DNA from: an uncultured delta proteobacterium
GTDB lineage: Bacteria > Myxococcota_A > Polyangia > Polyangiales > JAFGIB01
Direction: 5' to 3'
Length of the DNA stretch: 64,000 nucleotides
Assembly (NCBI GenBank): GCA_963778655.1
Contig: CAVZVA010000010.1
Coordinates: 352,001-416,000 of the forward strand
Part shown: positions 1-14,043 of the stretch, piece by piece
Layout: each line of letters starts with the position of its first letter
How positions within the stretch are numbered: the first letter of the stretch is position 1
Notes under the pieces: model-generated
The model's input: the letters and a program-made list of their open reading frames with translations, nothing else
Database searches by the model: none
Told to the model about the DNA's origin: nothing
Translations under genes and position numbers: made by a program

Positions 1-1
1 G

Positions 2-1090
2 GTGGCGACCAACATGAGCACGCTGGCCGCGAGCGTGCGCGACACGGTGTCCTCGATCGAGGAGATGGCTTACAGCATCAAGGAGGTCGCGCGCAACGTC
101 GACGCGTTGTCGTTGATGGCCGAGGAGACCTCCTCCTCGATGACCGAGATGGACGTCTCCATCGACCAGGTGCAGAGCAACGCCAACCAGACGGCGCGTC
201 TGTCGGAGCAGGTCGCGGTGGACGCCGAGCGCGGCGCGGACGCGATCAGCCGCACGATTCACGAGATCAACCGCATCAAGGAGTCCTCGTCGGACGCGGT
301 GCAGGCGATCATGTCGCTGGGCACGCGGATCGAGGCGATCGGCGAGATCCTCAACGTGATCGACGACGTGGCCGAGCAGACCAATCTGCTGGCGCTAAAC
401 GCTGCGATCATCGCCGCCCAGGCCGGCGAGTACGGCAAGGGCTTCGCGGTGGTGGCCGACGAGATCAAGGAGCTGGCGGAGCGCTCGGCAACCTCGACCA
501 AGGAGATCGCGGCGCTGATCAAGACCATCCAGACCCAGACCAAGGATGCGATCCAGGCGGTGGAGCGCGGCGCCTCGACCGTCGATCGCGGGGTGGAGGT
601 CTCGGCGGAGGCCGAGCTGGCGCTCAAGAAGATCCTGGATTCGTCGCAGAAATCGACCACCATGGTGGGCGCGATCGCGCGCGCGACGGTGGAGCAGGCC
701 AAGGGCAGCAAGCAGGTGACGGACGCGATCGGGCGCATCGCGCAGACCGTACAGCAGATCGCGTCGGCCACCGCGGAGCAGGCGCGCGGCTCGGAGCTGA
801 TCATGACGAGCGCCGAGAAGATGCGTGTGGTGACCCAACAGGTCGAGCGCAGCCAGCAGGAGCAGTCGCACGGCAGCCGCCACATCTCGGCCGCGATGGA
901 GAACATCTCGCGCATGGTGCAGACGCTGCACAAGGCGCAGCGCAGCCAGACCCACGCCACCGAGGAGACGGCCCGCGTGGTCGAGCGGCTGCGCGAGCAG
1001 ATGCGCGAGCACGAGCGGCGCCTGACCGCGGCGACCGCGGTCGCCGACCGCCTGCAGCGCCAGAGCCACCGCGGCGGCGACAGCGGCTGA
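2..1090 (+). CDS. Methyl-accepting chemotaxis protein, C-terminal signalling domain (5' end outside the window)
   Basis: MCP hairpin signature [43 protein letters not shown] with heptad coiled coils; frame is open at the window edge. Confidence 0.93.
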   Translation: MATNMSTLAASVRDTVSSIEEMAYSIKEVARNVDALSLMAEETSSSMTEMDVSIDQVQSNANQTARLSEQVAVDAERGADAISRTIHEINRIKESSSDAVQAIMSLGTRIEAIGEILNVIDDVAEQTNLLALNAAIIAAQAGEYGKGFAVVADEIKELAERSATSTKEIAALIKTIQTQTKDAIQAVERGASTVDRGVEVSAEAELALKKILDSSQKSTTMVGAIARATVEQAKGSKQVTDAIGRIAQTVQQIASATAEQARGSELIMTSAEKMRVVTQQVERSQQEQSHGSRHISAAMENISRMVQTLHKAQRSQTHATEETARVVERLREQMREHERRLTAATAVADRLQRQSHRGGDSG

Positions 1091-1111
1091 CGCGGACCGA
1101 TCAGCGCCCCG

Positions 1112-1171
1112 AACAAGGACCGGGAAGAGGGTAAGCACCAAGTGCCCTTCCTTCCCGTGTTCCTTTGATTC
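1112..1171. repeat. REP-like imperfect inverted repeat, copy A (degenerate)
   Basis: AACAAGGACCGGGAAGAGGG ... CCCTTCCTTCCCGTGTTCCTTTGATTC between the convergent MCP and HAD genes; resembles the copies at 29141, 29890, 41616 and 54847. Confidence 0.6.
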
Positions 1172-1204
1172 TTCTTCTGGACAGCTCTCCGAACCGGCGC
1201 TGAC

Positions 1205-2017
1205 TTACCGCGCGCGCGGCAGCACCAGCTCCAGCACGGCCTTGGCGAAGCCCTCCTCGGTGTTGGGCGCGGTGACGTGGTGCGCCCGCTGCTGCACCTC
1301 GGGGCCGGCGTTGCCCATCGCGATGCTCAACCCGCTGGCTTCGAACATCATCACGTCGTTCTGCATGTCGCCGATGGTGGCGATCTGCCCGGGCGGCACC
1401 GCGAGCGAGCGCGCCAGGTGCTCGACCACCGCGCCCTTGTTGGCGTCGCGGTGCGTGACATCCAGATAGTAGGGCTGCGAGCGGGCCGCGGAGATCGGAA
1501 AGTCCAGCGCTTGCGCGTCCGCCTCGCAGCGCTCCATGGCCTCGGGGTCATCGCTCACGCCCACGATCTTGACCGCCTGCTTGAGCAACTCGCTCAGGTC
1601 GCGTACCACGCGTGGCGCGAACTCGACCGTGTCCGCCTCGTGCGCGACGTGCGGCGCACGAGGGTCCCGCACGTACCATTCGGTACCGTGATACACCCAC
1701 ACGTCGAGGCCGTGACCGTGCAACAACTCAGCCGCGGCCGAGGCGGCCTCGGGCGCGATGCAGAGCTGCTCGAGCACGCCCAGATCGGGGCGCACGAACA
1801 TGCCGCCGTTGAAGGCAGCCAGCGGCGTGGTCAGCTCGAGCGGTTCGACCAGCATGCGCATGCCGCGTGGCGGCCGGCCACTGGTGAGCGCGATCTGCAC
1901 GCCGGCGGCGCGCAGGCGCGCCACGGCGTCCACCGCGCGCGGCGTCAGCTGCTTGTCGGGAGTCAGCAGGGTTCCATCGACATCGGCGATCAGCAGTCGG
2001 ACCGGCGCGCCGCTCAT
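1205..2017 (-). CDS. Cof-type HAD-IIB sugar-phosphate phosphatase
   Basis: Motif I LLIADVDGTLL, then TSGR, NKG and GDMQND. Start moved to ATG 2017 (MSGAPVR), which overlaps the tal-pgi stop as ATGA. Confidence 0.9.
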   Translation of the reverse strand: MSGAPVRLLIADVDGTLLTPDKQLTPRAVDAVARLRAAGVQIALTSGRPPRGMRMLVEPLELTTPLAAFNGGMFVRPDLGVLEQLCIAPEAASAAAELLHGHGLDVWVYHGTEWYVRDPRAPHVAHEADTVEFAPRVVRDLSELLKQAVKIVGVSDDPEAMERCEADAQALDFPISAARSQPYYLDVTHRDANKGAVVEHLARSLAVPPGQIATIGDMQNDVMMFEASGLSIAMGNAGPEVQQRAHHVTAPNTEEGFAKAVLELVLPRAR

Positions 2018-4857
2018 TCGAGCGCCTCGCGCAGCGCGAGCAGCAGAGCGTCGAGCCCCGCGGCGGGGTCTGCGCCCAGGTGCACCCCCAGCACGCGCCG
2101 CCCGCGCTCGGCGAGCACGCGAAAGTCGCCGCGCGCCTGCGCCTGTTTGACCACGCCGAAGGTGGACTTGCGCCCGGGCACGGCCAAGTCCTCGGGGTTG
2201 TCGCCGACCATGTGCAGAAACACGCCGCTGGCCGGCCCGCCCTTGTAGGCCTGGCCCGTGGAGTGTAGGAAGCGCGGTCCGAAGCCCACGCAGGTGGCCA
2301 CGTGAAGGCGGTCGCGCAGCAGGCTGCGCATGGCGGCGAGCCGCTCCTCGTGGGGCGCGCTGCGGGCGATCCAACCGAGCAGCCCCATGTAGTCTCCGGG
2401 CTTCACCTGCTTGATCCAGGCTCGCAGGCAGCCGCGCAGCGTGCGATCGCCCGCCAGATCCCGCTCGATACGCGCGCGGTTGGGCTCATCCGCGAACAGG
2501 TCGATCGGAGCCTGCTGCAGGAAATAGCTCTCGGGCTCCAGCCTGCCGCTCTGCTCGTACTCGTCGGTGAGCTTGCGGGCCTGCACCTTGCTGGCCTCCA
2601 CGTCGGGCTGGTCGAAGGGATTGAGGCCCAGGATCGCCCCGGCCACGGCCGTGGCGATCTCCCAGCGGAATAGCTCCTGCCCGAGGTCATAGGCCTCGCC
2701 CAGCTGCAACTGCACCACCGGATGGCCGGCCTGGGCGAGCGCCTCGAGCGCGGCGTCCTGCGCCGCATCGACCGCGCCGTCCAGGCGCAGGTACGCGAAC
2801 ACCCGATCGCCACCGTACACCGTGGGCGCGCCCAGCGGCTCGCCGTCGACCGGGATCAAGCCCTTGCCGTGCTTGCCGGTGGACTCCGCGAGCAGTTGCT
2901 CGAGCCAGGCGCCGAGCGGGCGCAGCGGCGGCGAGGCGACCAGCGTGACCTTGTCGCGGCCGTGCTTGGCGCACACGCCCAGCAGCGTGCCGAGCACCAC
3001 GCCCGGATTCAGCTCGGGCGGCACGCACGGGCCGCAGGCGTGCACCATGCGCAGCGTGCGCTCGAGAAAGCCGCGCACGTCGAGCTGCGCGGCGGCCGCG
3101 GGCCCGAGGCCGAAGGGCGAGAGCGCGGAATAACGTCCGCCGATGCCGGGCACGCCGAGAAGCACGCGCGCGTAGCCGCGCTCGCGGGCCACGCGCTCCA
3201 GTGCCGAGCCCGGATCGGTGATCGCGATGAAGCTCGCCGCGGCCTGCTGCGCGCCGACGCGCGCGGACAGGCGTCCGAAGAAGTAGTCGGCGAACAGGTT
3301 TGGCTCGAGCGTCGAGCCCGACTTGCTCGAGACGATGAACAGCGTGCGCTCGAGCTCGAGCCCGGCTTCGAAGGCGCGCACCTCGTCGGGGTCGGTCGAG
3401 TCCAGCACCACCAGCCGCGGCGCTCCGCGCGGGGGCGCGAAGACCTGCGACAGCACATCGGGGAACAGGCTCGAGCCGCCCATCCCGAGCACCGCCACGT
3501 GCGTCGGCGCGCGCTCGCGCACGCTCCTGGCGAACGCCAGCAGGTCGTCGAGGTCGGACAGCTCGGCGTCCGCCACCTGTAGCCAGTCGAGCCAGCGGCC
3601 CTCGTCCTTCGACGTCCACAGCGTGGCGTCGCGCTCCCACAGCCGGCGCGCCTTGCCTTGCTCGCGCCACTCTCGCAGGGTCGCGTCGAGCTCGCCCGCG
3701 ATCGGCGAAGGGGCGCGCACCTGGGTGCGGTCGAGCAACGCCCCCAGCAAACCGCGACGCCGGCGCTCGAGCGCAGCCATCAGCTTGTCGTAGGAGCCGG
3801 CGAACTTCGCCACGCCCTCTTCGAGCAGGCGATCGGTCACCGCGTCGAGCGAGATCCCGGAGGCATCGAGCTCTGCGAGCACGCGCTCGGCCTCGTCCAT
3901 GTGCTCGTCCAGCGTGGGACGCACGCGGCCGTGGTCCTTGAACGCCGCCAGCGTCGCGGGGGGCACGGTGTCGACGGTGTCGGCGCCGATCAACGACTCG
4001 ACGTAGAGCACGTCGCTCATGCGCGGGTCCTTCACGCTGGTGCTGGCAAACAGGATGCGCTGGGGCCGCGCGCCGGCCTGGGCCAGCCGTTGGAAGCGAG
4101 CGCCCGCGCAGAGCTCGCGAAACGCGCGGTAGATGCGCTTGGCGTTGGCGATGCCGACCTTGCCGCGCAGGCCGAGCAGCTGCTCGCGGCGCTCTTGCGG
4201 CTCGTCCTTGGCGCGGGACTCGAGCATGGGGTCGACCAGCACGTCGAAGCGGCTGACGAAGATGCTGGCCACGCTGGCCAGCCCTCGCAGCTCGCCGCCC
4301 TGCTTGCGAAAGGCCTCGAGGCCGCCCAGGTACGCCTCGGCCACCTGCTCGTAGGAGCTCCTGGCGAACATCAGCGTGACGTTGACGTTGATGCCCTCGC
4401 CGAGCAGCTGGCGAATCGCCGGGATGCCCTCGGGCGTTGCCGGCACCTTGATCATCACGTTCGGGCGGCCGAGCAGCTTCCACAGCCGGCGCGCCTCGGC
4501 GATCGTGGCTTGGGTGTCGTGCGCGAGCGCGGGCGAGACCTCGAGGGAGGCGTAGCCGTCGGCCTGCTCGCTGGCCTGGTAGACCGCACGCAGCGCGTCG
4601 GCCGCGCCTTGGATGTCCTCGACCGCCAACGTCTCGTACAGCTCGGAGGCGCTGCGGTCCTGTTGCTGCTCGAGCGCGCGCAACGCTTCGTCGTAGTCGC
4701 TCGAGCCACCGATCGCGTGCTCGAAGATGGTCGGGTTGGAGGTCACCCCGCGAACGCCGTCTTCGCGGATCAGCCGTGCGAGCTCCCCGCTCGTCAGCAG
4801 TTGGCGCCGCATGTAGTCGAGCCACAGAGATTGACCGAGGTCGTGCAGGGCGGGCAT
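2014..4857 (-). CDS. tal-pgi: Bifunctional transaldolase / glucose-6-phosphate isomerase fusion
   Basis: N-half has WLDY, GVTSNPTIF and NVMIKVPATPEG (transaldolase). C-half has GMGGSS, SKSGST, GGRYSALS and NPFDQPDVEASK (PGI). Confidence 0.95.
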   Translation of the reverse strand: MPALHDLGQSLWLDYMRRQLLTSGELARLIREDGVRGVTSNPTIFEHAIGGSSDYDEALRALEQQQDRSASELYETLAVEDIQGAADALRAVYQASEQADGYASLEVSPALAHDTQATIAEARRLWKLLGRPNVMIKVPATPEGIPAIRQLLGEGINVNVTLMFARSSYEQVAEAYLGGLEAFRKQGGELRGLASVASIFVSRFDVLVDPMLESRAKDEPQERREQLLGLRGKVGIANAKRIYRAFRELCAGARFQRLAQAGARPQRILFASTSVKDPRMSDVLYVESLIGADTVDTVPPATLAAFKDHGRVRPTLDEHMDEAERVLAELDASGISLDAVTDRLLEEGVAKFAGSYDKLMAALERRRRGLLGALLDRTQVRAPSPIAGELDATLREWREQGKARRLWERDATLWTSKDEGRWLDWLQVADAELSDLDDLLAFARSVRERAPTHVAVLGMGGSSLFPDVLSQVFAPPRGAPRLVVLDSTDPDEVRAFEAGLELERTLFIVSSKSGSTLEPNLFADYFFGRLSARVGAQQAAASFIAITDPGSALERVARERGYARVLLGVPGIGGRYSALSPFGLGPAAAAQLDVRGFLERTLRMVHACGPCVPPELNPGVVLGTLLGVCAKHGRDKVTLVASPPLRPLGAWLEQLLAESTGKHGKGLIPVDGEPLGAPTVYGGDRVFAYLRLDGAVDAAQDAALEALAQAGHPVVQLQLGEAYDLGQELFRWEIATAVAGAILGLNPFDQPDVEASKVQARKLTDEYEQSGRLEPESYFLQQAPIDLFADEPNRARIERDLAGDRTLRGCLRAWIKQVKPGDYMGLLGWIARSAPHEERLAAMRSLLRDRLHVATCVGFGPRFLHSTGQAYKGGPASGVFLHMVGDNPEDLAVPGRKSTFGVVKQAQARGDFRVLAERGRRVLGVHLGADPAAGLDALLLALREALE

Positions 4858-4909
4858 GGCTTGCTTGCTCCTTGTTTGGCTTCAGGTTGCGAGAGCACCG
4901 AATAGCTGC

Positions 4910-6973
<2,064 letters not shown>

Positions 6974-7015
6974 GCGGTCCTCCTGCCAGCCGGCGGCGCG
7001 CGCTGGCTCGATCGG

Positions 7016-8392
7016 CTAGCCCCCGCCCACCGAGGGCGCGGGGTCGTGCCACGCGCCGAAACCGTCGAGCAGGGGGGCCGCTTCCTCCGGGCCCCAGGTT
7101 CCGGGCTCGTAGACGTGCAACGGTGGCGAGCTCGCCAGCACCTCGTCGACCACATTCCACTCGGCTTCGACCCCGTCCTCGGTGGCGAACAGATCGTTGT
7201 CGCCTTCCAGCGCGGCGCCGATCAGGCGCTCGTACGCCATCATGTGGGTGTGCGAATCGCTGTGCGCGAGCAGCTCGATCGGCATGCCCTTCATCTGCTC
7301 GCCGGGCTGCTTGGCGCGCATACCGAGCGCGATCTCGACGTCGGGCCCGAGTCGCGAGCGCAGGTAGGTGGCGCCCTCGGGCACCACATCGCCGAGCGCC
7401 GGGCGCGCCGCGCGCGTGAAGATCACCCGCGCCTCAGTGGCGGTGACCGGCATGCACTTGCCGGCACGGATGAAGAACGGCACGCCGGCCCAGCGCGCGT
7501 TGTCGATGAAGAGCCGCACCGCGCAATAGGTCTCGACGCCCGAGCCCGGCTTCACGCCCGGCTCGTCGCGATAACCGCGGAACTGGCCGCGCACCAAGTC
7601 CTCGGCGCGCAGCGGCATGATGGCGCGGATCACGCGCGAGCGCTCCTCGCGCAGCGGCACGCCGCGCGAGGGCGGGTCCATCGCCAGCGTGGCCACCACC
7701 TGCAGCAGGTGGTTCTGCAGCACGTCGCGCACTGCGCCCACCTGATCGTAGAACGCGCCGCGCCCCTGTACGCCGAACGACTCGGCCATGGTGATCTGCA
7801 CGCTCCGCACGAAGTGGCGGTGCCATAGCGGCTCAAAGATGGAATTGGCGAAGCGAAAGTAGCTCAGGTTCTCGACCGCCTCCTTGCCCAAGAAGTGATC
7901 GATGCGGAACACGGCTTGCTCGTCGAACACCTCGAGGATGGTGCGGTTGAGCGCGCGCGCCGATTCGAGATCGCGGCCGAAGGGCTTCTCCACCACCAGC
8001 CGCCCGCCCTTGGCGCACGCGGTGTGGCTCAGCGAGCGCACCACGTTCGCGAACAGCACGGGCGGAATCGCCATATAGTAGAGCGGGTGCTGGGCCGTGC
8101 CGAGCGCGCTGCGCAGGCGCTCGAAGGTGCTCATGTCCTGGTAGTCGCCGCCGACGTAGCCCATCAGCGAACAGAGCCTGTCGGCCGTGGCGGCATCGCC
8201 GTCGCCGTGCTCGCGCAGGCTGGCGCGCGCGCGCTCGGTCAGCCGCTGCAGGTTCCAGCCCTCGCGGGCCACGCCGATGATGGGGACCTGCAGCAGTCCG
8301 CTGCCGACCAGCCGGCCCAGCGCCGGAAAGATCTTCTTGTAGGCCAGGTCTCCGGTGGCGCCGAAGAAAACGAACGCGTCGGCAGGAGTCAT
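7016..8392 (-). CDS. zwf: Glucose-6-phosphate 1-dehydrogenase
   Basis: [33 protein letters not shown]. Start moved to ATG 8392, overlapping the gnd stop as ATGA. Confidence 0.96.
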   Translation of the reverse strand: MTPADAFVFFGATGDLAYKKIFPALGRLVGSGLLQVPIIGVAREGWNLQRLTERARASLREHGDGDAATADRLCSLMGYVGGDYQDMSTFERLRSALGTAQHPLYYMAIPPVLFANVVRSLSHTACAKGGRLVVEKPFGRDLESARALNRTILEVFDEQAVFRIDHFLGKEAVENLSYFRFANSIFEPLWHRHFVRSVQITMAESFGVQGRGAFYDQVGAVRDVLQNHLLQVVATLAMDPPSRGVPLREERSRVIRAIMPLRAEDLVRGQFRGYRDEPGVKPGSGVETYCAVRLFIDNARWAGVPFFIRAGKCMPVTATEARVIFTRAARPALGDVVPEGATYLRSRLGPDVEIALGMRAKQPGEQMKGMPIELLAHSDSHTHMMAYERLIGAALEGDNDLFATEDGVEAEWNVVDEVLASSPPLHVYEPGTWGPEEAAPLLDGFGAWHDPAPSVGGG

Positions 8393-9408
8393 GATTTCTT
8401 TTCCACGTGTCCGCCGAACTCCCCGCGCATCGCCGACAGCAGCTTGTCGGCAAACTGCTGCTGCCCGCGCGAGGCGAAGCGCTGGGCCAACGCCACGCTC
8501 AGCACCGGCGCCGGCACGCCCTCGTCGATCGCGGCCGCCAGCGTCCAGCGCCCCTCGCCGGAGTCCGAGACCCGGCCGGCGAAGCCCGCGAGCTCGGGGT
8601 CCGCGAGCAGAGCGTGCGCGGTCAGATCGAGCAGCCACGACTGCACCACGCTGCCGCGGCGCCACAGCTCGCTGATCGCGGCCAGATCGAGCTCGTATTG
8701 ATACAGCTCGGGCCTCCGCAGCGGGGTGGTCTCCGCGTCGATCTCGCGATCGCGTTTGCCCTCACCGGCGTGGCGCAGGATGTTCAGGCCCTCGGCGTAC
8801 GCGGCCATCAGCCCGTACTCGATGCCGTTGTGAACCATCTTGACGAAGTGGCCCGCACCCGGCGGCCCGCAGTGCAGGTAGCCCTTCTCGGCCGTGGACG
8901 CGCGCTGCTCGCGGCCCTGCGTGCGCGGCGCCGCGGCGATTCCCGGTGCCAGCGTCTCGAAGATCGGGTCGAGCCGACCGACCGCCTGCTCGGCGCCGCC
9001 GATCATCAGGCAGTAGCCGCGCTCACGCCCCCACACGCCGCCGGAGACGCCGGCGTCGAGGTAGTGGATGCCGTGCTCGGCGAGCGCGCGCGCGCGGGCG
9101 ATATCGTCGTGGTAGTACGAGTTGCCGCCGTCCACGACCACGTCATCGGCCTCGAGCAGCGGAACCAGCTCGTCGAGCGCGCGCTGCACCACGGCCGCGG
9201 GCAGCATCAGCCACACCGCGCGCGGCTTGTGCAGCTGCTTGACCAGGTCCGCCAGCGAGCGCGCGCCGATCGCGCCCTCTTTCTCCATCGCGGCAACCGC
9301 GTCGTGCGAGACGTCGTGCACCACGCAGGCGTGCCCGCCGGCGATCAGCCGCCGCGCCATATTGGCCCCCATCCTGCCCATTCCGACCATGCCGATGCGC
9401 ATCTGCAT
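8389..9408 (-). CDS. gnd: 6-phosphogluconate dehydrogenase, decarboxylating (short YqeC-like form)
   Basis: [31 protein letters not shown]-terminal MRGEFGGH. Confidence 0.95.
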   Translation of the reverse strand: MQMRIGMVGMGRMGANMARRLIAGGHACVVHDVSHDAVAAMEKEGAIGARSLADLVKQLHKPRAVWLMLPAAVVQRALDELVPLLEADDVVVDGGNSYYHDDIARARALAEHGIHYLDAGVSGGVWGRERGYCLMIGGAEQAVGRLDPIFETLAPGIAAAPRTQGREQRASTAEKGYLHCGPPGAGHFVKMVHNGIEYGLMAAYAEGLNILRHAGEGKRDREIDAETTPLRRPELYQYELDLAAISELWRRGSVVQSWLLDLTAHALLADPELAGFAGRVSDSGEGRWTLAAAIDEGVPAPVLSVALAQRFASRGQQQFADKLLSAMRGEFGGHVEKKS

Positions 9409-9470
9409 TCCTTTCTGCCCGGGTCAGCCCGCGGCCCCGCTGTGGCTCGAGCACGCGAGCGCGAGCGCGT

Positions 9471-10196
9471 TCACGCGTGCCCCCGCATGGTTTGGATGTG
9501 GCGGACCTCGGCGTCGTCGCCCACGAACAGGTCGGTCGCCAGCCCGAGAAAGAGCCCGTGCGCGGCGATGCCGGCGCGGGCGTCGAGCACCGCGGCCAGT
9601 GAGGGAGCATCCGCCAGCGGGCCGAAGTGACAGTCGAAGATCAGGTTGCCGCCATCGCTGCGGAAAGGCTCCGCTCCGGCCAGGCGCAGCTCGGGCTCGG
9701 CGCCCAACCCGCGCAGGAAGCGCTCCTGCGCGCGCCAGCCGAACGGCAGCACCTCCACCGGCAGCGCGCTATGGGTGCCGAGCTTGGGCGAGAGCTTGCT
9801 GGCGTCCACCACGATCACCTCGCGCTGGCTCGCCTGCGCGACCATCTTCTCGCGCAGCAGCGCGCCGCCGCGCCCCTTGATCAGATCGAGCTCCGGATCG
9901 ACCTCGTCCGCGCCGTCGATGGTGATGTCGATGGCGGGCGCGTCGCTGAGCGCAACCGGACGCAGCCCGAGCGCGCGCGCCAGCTCGGCCACCGCCTCGG
10001 CGCAGGGAACGAACTCGCAGCCGGCGAGCCTGCCTGCGCGCGCCAGCTCGCCGATGCGCGCCACGGCCAGGGCAGCCGTGCTGCCGGCCCCGAGCCCCAC
10101 CACCATGCCGGGCTCCACCAGCTCCACCGCACGCTCGGCTGCCTGGCGTTTGGCCGCCTGACGCGGGTCCAGACCGGCACCGGGCACCGAGGTCAC
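9471..10196 (-). CDS. rpiA: Ribose-5-phosphate isomerase A
   Basis: [25 protein letters not shown]. Confidence 0.95.
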   Translation of the reverse strand: MTSVPGAGLDPRQAAKRQAAERAVELVEPGMVVGLGAGSTAALAVARIGELARAGRLAGCEFVPCAEAVAELARALGLRPVALSDAPAIDITIDGADEVDPELDLIKGRGGALLREKMVAQASQREVIVVDASKLSPKLGTHSALPVEVLPFGWRAQERFLRGLGAEPELRLAGAEPFRSDGGNLIFDCHFGPLADAPSLAAVLDARAGIAAHGLFLGLATDLFVGDDAEVRHIQTMRGHA

Positions 10197-10993
10197 AGGT
10201 GCACCTCGATGGTGAAGCGATCGGCGCGCAAGCGCTCGGGCGGCAGGTCCAGCAGGGCCGCGGCGGCGGCGCGATCGAGCATCCAGGTCAGCGCGCCATC
10301 AGCCGGGTGGATGCGCTGCGCGGGCAGGGCGTGCGGGCGCAGTGTACCTTGCAACACGTCGGCCACGCGCGCGCTCTTCTCGACGCCGCTGACCAAGAAG
10401 CACACCGCACGCGCCGCATCGAAGACCTGAGGCAGCAAGCTCACGCGAAAGCGCTCGCCGCCGGGGTCCTTGCGCGCCGACGCCCAGCGCTCGGGCTCGT
10501 CGACCGAGCCGGGAAACAGCGACGCGGTGTGGCCATCATCGCCCATGCCGAGCAACACCAGGTCGAAGCCGCGGGCGGGCGAGCCCACGGAGGTGACGCC
10601 CAGGCGCTCGCGCAGCGCCCGCTCGTAGGCGGCCGCAGCCTGGGTCGGCGGCAGCTCGCCCGCGATGCGCAGCACGTTGGCCTCCGGCACCGGCACGCGC
10701 GAGAGCAGAGCTTGCTGGACCATGCGGTAGTTGCTCGCGTCATCGGTCGGCGGCACGCAGCGCTCGTCGCCGAAGAACAGCTGGGTCTGGCCCCAGGGCA
10801 GCCGCCACGCGAGCGCTTCGCCAGCGAGCAGCTCGTAGAGCGGGCGCGGGGTGTTGCCTCCAGCCAGGCAGAGCAGGAAGCCGCCGCGCTGGCGTACCGC
10901 CTCCTGCGCCGCCTCGAGCACCGCCTGGGCAGCGGCCCGCGTGAGCGCCTCGGCACTGGGAAACACCTCGACCCGAGTCATCTGCGTTTCCAT
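10193..10993 (-). CDS. pgl: 6-phosphogluconolactonase
   Basis: [35 protein letters not shown]. Start is ATG 10993 or ATG 10981. Confidence 0.93.
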   Translation of the reverse strand: METQMTRVEVFPSAEALTRAAAQAVLEAAQEAVRQRGGFLLCLAGGNTPRPLYELLAGEALAWRLPWGQTQLFFGDERCVPPTDDASNYRMVQQALLSRVPVPEANVLRIAGELPPTQAAAAYERALRERLGVTSVGSPARGFDLVLLGMGDDGHTASLFPGSVDEPERWASARKDPGGERFRVSLLPQVFDAARAVCFLVSGVEKSARVADVLQGTLRPHALPAQRIHPADGALTWMLDRAAAAALLDLPPERLRADRFTIEVHL

Positions 10994-11049
10994 CCTTCCC
11001 TGCGCGCCAGGGCCTTTGCCTCGTGTGCCCACCTACGCACCAGGAGACC

Positions 11050-11070
11050 TCACGGCAAGGCGGGAAGCCC
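11050..11070. repeat. Half-copy of the REP-like element (left arm only)
   Basis: TCACGGCAAGGCGGGAAGCCC resembles the left arm TCACAGGAAGGCGGGAAGAC; it abuts the xfp relic. Confidence 0.5.
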
Positions 11071-11081
11071 AGACAGGTTTC

Positions 11082-11195
11082 ATGGGAGAACACCTCGTAG
11101 CAGCAAAAAAGTCCATGTCGTCCGCCCGATAGCTACATGCGCGGCAAGTAGGCGTCCATATTGCGCAGCAGCTCGTCCGAGGGCGCGGAGCTCAT
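11082..11195 (-). pseudogene. xfp: Collapsed phosphoketolase (xfp/xpk) relic
   Basis: ATG 11195 overlaps the ackA stop. The frame reads MSSAPSDELLRNMDAYLPRM*LSGGRHGLFCCYEVFSH. ELLRNMDAY resembles the Xfp N-terminus and GRHGLFCCYEVFSH resembles the internal motif GRHG.F.CYEAF.H. In-frame TAG at 11133-11135. Confidence 0.75.
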
Positions 11196-12385
11196 GGGGA
11201 TTCTCCTTGCGGCAGCAAGTCGAGCATCTGCCGAGCGATCACCAGCTCTTCGTCGGTGGCGATCACCCGCACCACGCACGGGCCGGCCGCGTTCGAGATG
11301 ACTCGCGCGTCTTCGGCATTGCGCCCCGCGTCGAGCTGCACGCCCAGGTGTTGCAGCCCGTCCGCGATGCGCGCGCGGATGAGCGGGGCGTGCTCGCCGA
11401 TGCCGCCTGCGAACACCAGCGTGTCGAGCCCGCCGAGCACAGCGCACAGCGCGCCGATCGCCTTCTTGACTTGATGGCAGTACAGGGCCACCGCCTCGGC
11501 GGCGCGCAGGTCGGTCCCCTCGAGGGCGAGCAGCTCGCGCAGCGAACCGGTGGTCTCGGAGACGCCGAGCAGGCCACAGCGGCGATTGACGAGATTGTCG
11601 AGCGCGGCGGCGTCCATGCGCTCGGTGCGCGCGAGGTGGATCAGCACGCCGGGATCGAGGTCGCCGGTGCGCGTGGCCATCATGACACCCGAAGTCGGGG
11701 TGAATCCCATGGTGGTGTCGACGGGTTGGCCGGCGCGCACCGCAGCCAGGCTCGAGCCGGCCCCGAGATGGGCCAGCACCACGCGCCCCAGCGCCGCCTG
11801 ACGGCCGGCCACCCGCTCGAGCTCGGCCAGCAAGAACGTGTACGACAAACCGTGAAACCCGTAGCGGCGCACACCGGCGGCGTCGTAGCGGCGCGGTAGA
11901 GCAAGCATGCGCGCTACCCGCGGCATGCCGCGGTGGAACGCGGTGTCGTAACACGCGACCTGTGGAAGACGCGGCCAACGCGCGCGCGCCGCGCGCACCA
12001 GCCCCAGCTCGGAGGGCATGTGATCGGGATCGATCGCGGCCAGCTGCTGCAGCTCGGCAAGCGCCTCATCGGTGATGCACTCGGCCTGCTGGTGGCGCGT
12101 GCCGCCGTAGACGATGCGGTGACCCACGGCGCGCAGCCCGCGCAGCAACCCGCGTTGCTCGAGCGCGGCGACCAGCGCCGCGAAGGCCTCGCTGTGATCG
12201 GCGGCGGCGAGCGGTTGCGCCGCGCCCGCTGCCGAAAGGCTCAGCTCGGCCTGGTCCGAGCCGATCGCACGCACCTCGCCGCGCACCACCGCGGCGGGGG
12301 GCGGAGAGGGCAGCGCCGGAAACAGGGCCAGCTTGAGACTGGACGAGCCCGCGTTCAGGGCGAGAAGGGTGTCCTGGCTCTCCAT
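11192..12385 (-). CDS. ackA: Acetate/propionate kinase
   Basis: LNAGSSSLK, GHRIVYGG, DTAFH, RRYGFHGLSY, DTTMGFTP, FAGGIGEH, TDEELVIA. Confidence 0.95.
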   Translation of the reverse strand: MESQDTLLALNAGSSSLKLALFPALPSPPPAAVVRGEVRAIGSDQAELSLSAAGAAQPLAAADHSEAFAALVAALEQRGLLRGLRAVGHRIVYGGTRHQQAECITDEALAELQQLAAIDPDHMPSELGLVRAARARWPRLPQVACYDTAFHRGMPRVARMLALPRRYDAAGVRRYGFHGLSYTFLLAELERVAGRQAALGRVVLAHLGAGSSLAAVRAGQPVDTTMGFTPTSGVMMATRTGDLDPGVLIHLARTERMDAAALDNLVNRRCGLLGVSETTGSLRELLALEGTDLRAAEAVALYCHQVKKAIGALCAVLGGLDTLVFAGGIGEHAPLIRARIADGLQHLGVQLDAGRNAEDARVISNAAGPCVVRVIATDEELVIARQMLDLLPQGESP

Positions 12386-12749
12386 GCGTGCGCTCTCCGC
12401 GGGTTGTGTCCGTACGATTTCTTGGCAGCGCTCGGAGTGTCTGAGTCGCCAGCGATTCGCATTCCGGCGCGGGCAACGGCGAGCCCCCTTCTGTTAAGCA
12501 CGGCTCGCCGCGGCGCGAGCCCGGCTTCGCTCGAAGTGCCGCGACGCGCTGTCGCGGGGGGGCCTGCGGCGCCGCAAGCGGCTGGAGCAGAAGCACGCGC
12601 AGATCGACCACGGAACGGCGCGAGCTGCTACGCGCGCGCGCCGCGTCCTTCGCCGCCAAGGACGCACGGCGGGATTGACCTCCGCAACCGTTGAAGGGAA
12701 CGCTGCGCTGGCGGACAATGGCGTGCGCGCCACCTGCGCGCCGCACCGC

Positions 12750-13679
<930 letters not shown>

Positions 13680-13714
13680 AGGGGCAAGGGCGAAGCCGCG
13701 GAGCCCGCGCTCGC

Positions 13715-13900
13715 CAGGACGCCAAGACGCTGTGGTGTTGGGGCCAAGGCTCGAAGACCTCGGCCGGCAACCTCGGGGTGACCAATGTGGTAGCGCTGGG
13801 CGGGGTCTTTTCGCCCAGCCAGCCCGCGTTTCTCACCAGCGACGGGGTTTACCACCTCGGCACCAACGACACCCGCAGCCCCAACTGCAATACGTTGTGA
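13715..13900 (+). pseudogene. Orphan C-terminal gene fragment, RCC1-like beta-repeat protein
   Basis: QDAKTLWCWGQGSKTSAGNLGVTNVVALGG...FLTSDGVYHLG...NCNTL*. Third codon positions are mostly G/C as in real genes, the WCWG motif is RCC1-like, and there is no start or RBS of its own. Confidence 0.45.
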
Positions 13901-14043
13901 TCGGGCAGGTGCGAGGCGCGGCCATGCTCCGGCAATGCGCTCACCTGGGATGGTCTACAGCCCTGGTGTCGTGAACGCGAACACGCTTGCCCCCGAAGAC
14001 CTGTGCCGCCGGCGTGGCGCACCGGGCGGGTGTGCGAGGCGGG

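Noticed and set aside
11037..11081. Continuation ETCLGFPPCREVSW as further phosphoketolase similarity
   Set aside because: The DNA matches the REP-like arm, so the peptide resemblance is probably coincidental; it was excluded from the pseudogene.
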